Assembly (NCBI GenBank): GCA_008632985.1
Contig: QPGO01000021.1
Coordinates: 372,001 to 436,000, forward strand
DNA from: Psammoneis japonica
Lineage: Eukaryota
Direction of reading: 5' to 3'
Length of the DNA stretch: 64,000 bases
A program made the translations under genes and the position numbers. The number at the start of each line of letters is the position of its first letter. Positions within the stretch are counted from its first letter, which is position 1. This document shows positions 61,813 to 64,000 of the stretch, piece by piece. Under the pieces are notes generated by a model, which was given only the letters and a program-made list of their open reading frames with translations, was not told the DNA's origin and did not search any database.

Positions 61813-64000
61813 GCGGCTCACGCCGCCCGTCTTGTTCCTTCTCCTGCGGCTCTCTATGACAGTGCTATCTAGAGATCTTCTAATGATGGACTGGAATGGC
61901 TTTACTAGCGGATGCGCAAGCCTCATTTCCAAAAACCCAAGCTGGAACGGCAGGGCCAGAGGGCAGGAGAGGTGGGAGCATCAAAAACCATCTAGCGGCT
62001 TCTTGCTCTTTGTTGCTCTTCGGAAGAATGAGTGAAGCAAACGAGAGAAGAGCAGAAAAAACCGTCATTTGCTCGCCAAGTTCGCGCAAGCACGTTCAAA
62101 TTTGAATTCAAATGGTTTGCATGACCCAACGGTCAAATGCGGGTCATTTGCCTCGTCGCACTGCACAAGGTGGGCGGCTCACGCCGCCCGTCTTGTTCCT
62201 TCTCCTGCGGCTCTCTAGCGCCATCTAGAGATCTTCCAATGATGGACTGGAATGGCTTTGCTGGCAGATGTGCAAGCCTCATTCCCAAAAACCCAAGCTG
62301 GAACGGCAGGGCCTTCCAGCAACCACCCACAGTGCCGTGCACTTTTGGGAGGGTGGGTGGGTTGAGGCAGGAAGGCTGTGGTGATCAGGCGTCTTGAGGA
62401 TTTTGAGGGACGTCAGCATTGGGGTGGAGGACGAAGTCGCCACCGGCGAGCATGTCGCGAGCGAAGTTGCGCATGACTGGTTCTGCTTGCAAGTGCAGGT
62501 GTCGCAACATTTCGTCGGATCGCCAGCGGCCTGAGAGCCGAATGAGATCGGTGTCTGCGCGGGCACAAAGGAGGGCCATTGCTCCGGCGGCACGAAGACA
62601 CCGAGCGGCAACATCTCGGGTGGTGAAGCCGAGATTAGCCGGACCGAGAGCAGTGACAGCATTGCGCAGCATGCTGGTGATGTCAGCCGGGAACACACGA
62701 CGCCAGGTGTTGTTTTGAAAGTGAACACCAAGGGGTGTGTCAGGGAGCGCACCGTGGGTGCGCAAGTGTTGGACACGGCGGATGAGGGCTTGAACCGGGC
62801 ACAGGTGGGGGTGACCGGAAAGACCAAGCCCTGGAACTTCGCCTCGCACTCCATTTTTCTGGGTGGCAAAGGTGAGAGTGGCGAAGTCTGCTGTGTCAAG
62901 GTGTGCAAGTGGAACTTGCATGGCACCCAGGTGAGCACCACCAGACGCAAGCCGGACATCGGCGAGACGAAAGGGGGTGGTGTCTGATGGTGTTGCGGTG
63001 CACTCGCCAGGCCGTGACAAGAAGAAAAAGGCAAGTGCAATCATTTCAGCAATGGCTTGTGTGCCCGGGTCATTGCTGAGGGCTGCGGCGGTCATAATCC
63101 ATTGCAGCACTGCAATTGGGACCGGTTTTACGCGGTCTGGGGGTGGATCCTGCTTCTTGTAAAAGCGGACTTGCCGGGTGAGGTGGAAATCCATTGTGCC
63201 TTGGGATGTGTGGCGTGGATCCGGGGACCCCATTGCAGCGAACGTTTGGCCAACCGAACGTGCGGCATCTTCAGCGGTTCTTCCACGGACGGGATTGCCC
63301 ATCGGCGCGAGGACTCCTGTGCGGTGTCGGTGCAAGAAGACTTGGAGGAAGACAACAGGGTCGTCAACGTCTTCGAGGAGTGGGTCAATGGCCAAAGAGG
63401 AGCAGAACTCTCGCCATTTGTCCCAATGGGTGTTGGCGGCGGAGGCTCTGGAAGAGGTGACGCCATGCTGGACTGCGCGTTGAGCAGCATTGAGATCACG
63501 CATGAACTCAGTTCTGGTGGAGGCGTCCAGAGACGCCAGGAGAGTTTCTGCAGACAGTGCAAATTAAAGTGGTGCAAAAATTCACGGTTGGACAAAGACT
63601 GCAGTCGTGAGGCATCGTCAGCGGCAGTGTTGAGGCATCCAGGCAGGTGGTCATGCAACCCCAAGTGGCGATGGCAGCGTTGATGGCAGGATTGGCATCG
63701 AAGCAACCGGGAGGCGGGTTTGACGGCAGTGGTGGCACCTTTACGTTGCCAACACATGGTGCCTGAATTGTCGGTGTGTGAAAGACTGGCACGTTCACGG
63801 ATGTCAAAACAGTCGGCGGCGCCGAAGGACTGAATGACACTGCCGGCAAGTTCCAGGTCTGTGTTGGTGATGGGACCGCGTGGGTTGGAGAAAGTGGAGA
63901 GTTGACTGCTGACACTTTTGGGAAAGGGCAGTCGCCACACTGCAGGACCCGCATCTCTCTGTTGACAGCGTCTGCAATTGCCAAAACGGAGAGTGGCTGC
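61813..64000 (-). mobile_element. Ngaro/DIRS-type tyrosine-recombinase retrotransposon, 3' part, with split direct repeats (62174-62313 and 61813-61957)
   Basis: The RNase H ORF (ITNTDLELAG, TDN, WQRKG, NTAADDASR) overlaps a YR ORF. A repeat-spacer-repeat arrangement follows, consistent with B1-A2-B2. Confidence 0.85.
62385..63503 (-). pseudogene. Tyrosine recombinase of the Ngaro/DIRS element; open frame but the catalytic Tyr reads His
   Basis: FFFLSRPGECT, QKNG, CPV, ARCLRAAGAMAL and GRWRSDEMLRHL, with CAC at 62499-62501 where Tyr is expected. Confidence 0.85.

Overview
Eukaryotic genomic DNA, most likely from a diatom or another photosynthetic stramenopile. The evidence is short GT-AG introns, signal peptides followed by F (ASAFAP-type plastid presequences) and diatom-type Copia/Gypsy/Ngaro/Crypton-like remnants. 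About 16 protein-coding genes alternate with eight sharply bounded blocks of mostly repeat- or TE-derived DNA. The genes include an F-box protein, a STAND/AAA ATPase, an FKBP-MsrA fusion, two 2OG-Fe(II) oxygenases, an RBM18-like protein, a Patched/NPC1-like protein, a secreted M64-like peptidase, a SAM methyltransferase, an aldo-keto reductase, cullin-1, a PPR protein, an M20 amidohydrolase and a Crinkler-like NTPase-REase. The blocks lie at about 1-490, 9900-12000, 16430-19700, 23120-27690, 31970-34700, 43870-47600, 49910-58700 and 62000-64000. The main signal is that these blocks have almost entirely lost TpA, which has become TpG or CpA. Conserved TE tyrosines, including catalytic ones, now read His or Cys, and paired repeat copies differ at TA sites. 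The youngest element has lost TpA while keeping CpG. This looks like a repeat-targeted A:T->G:C hypermutation, opposite in direction to fungal RIP, that I do not know to be described. TE coordinates are approximate and all counts were made by eye.
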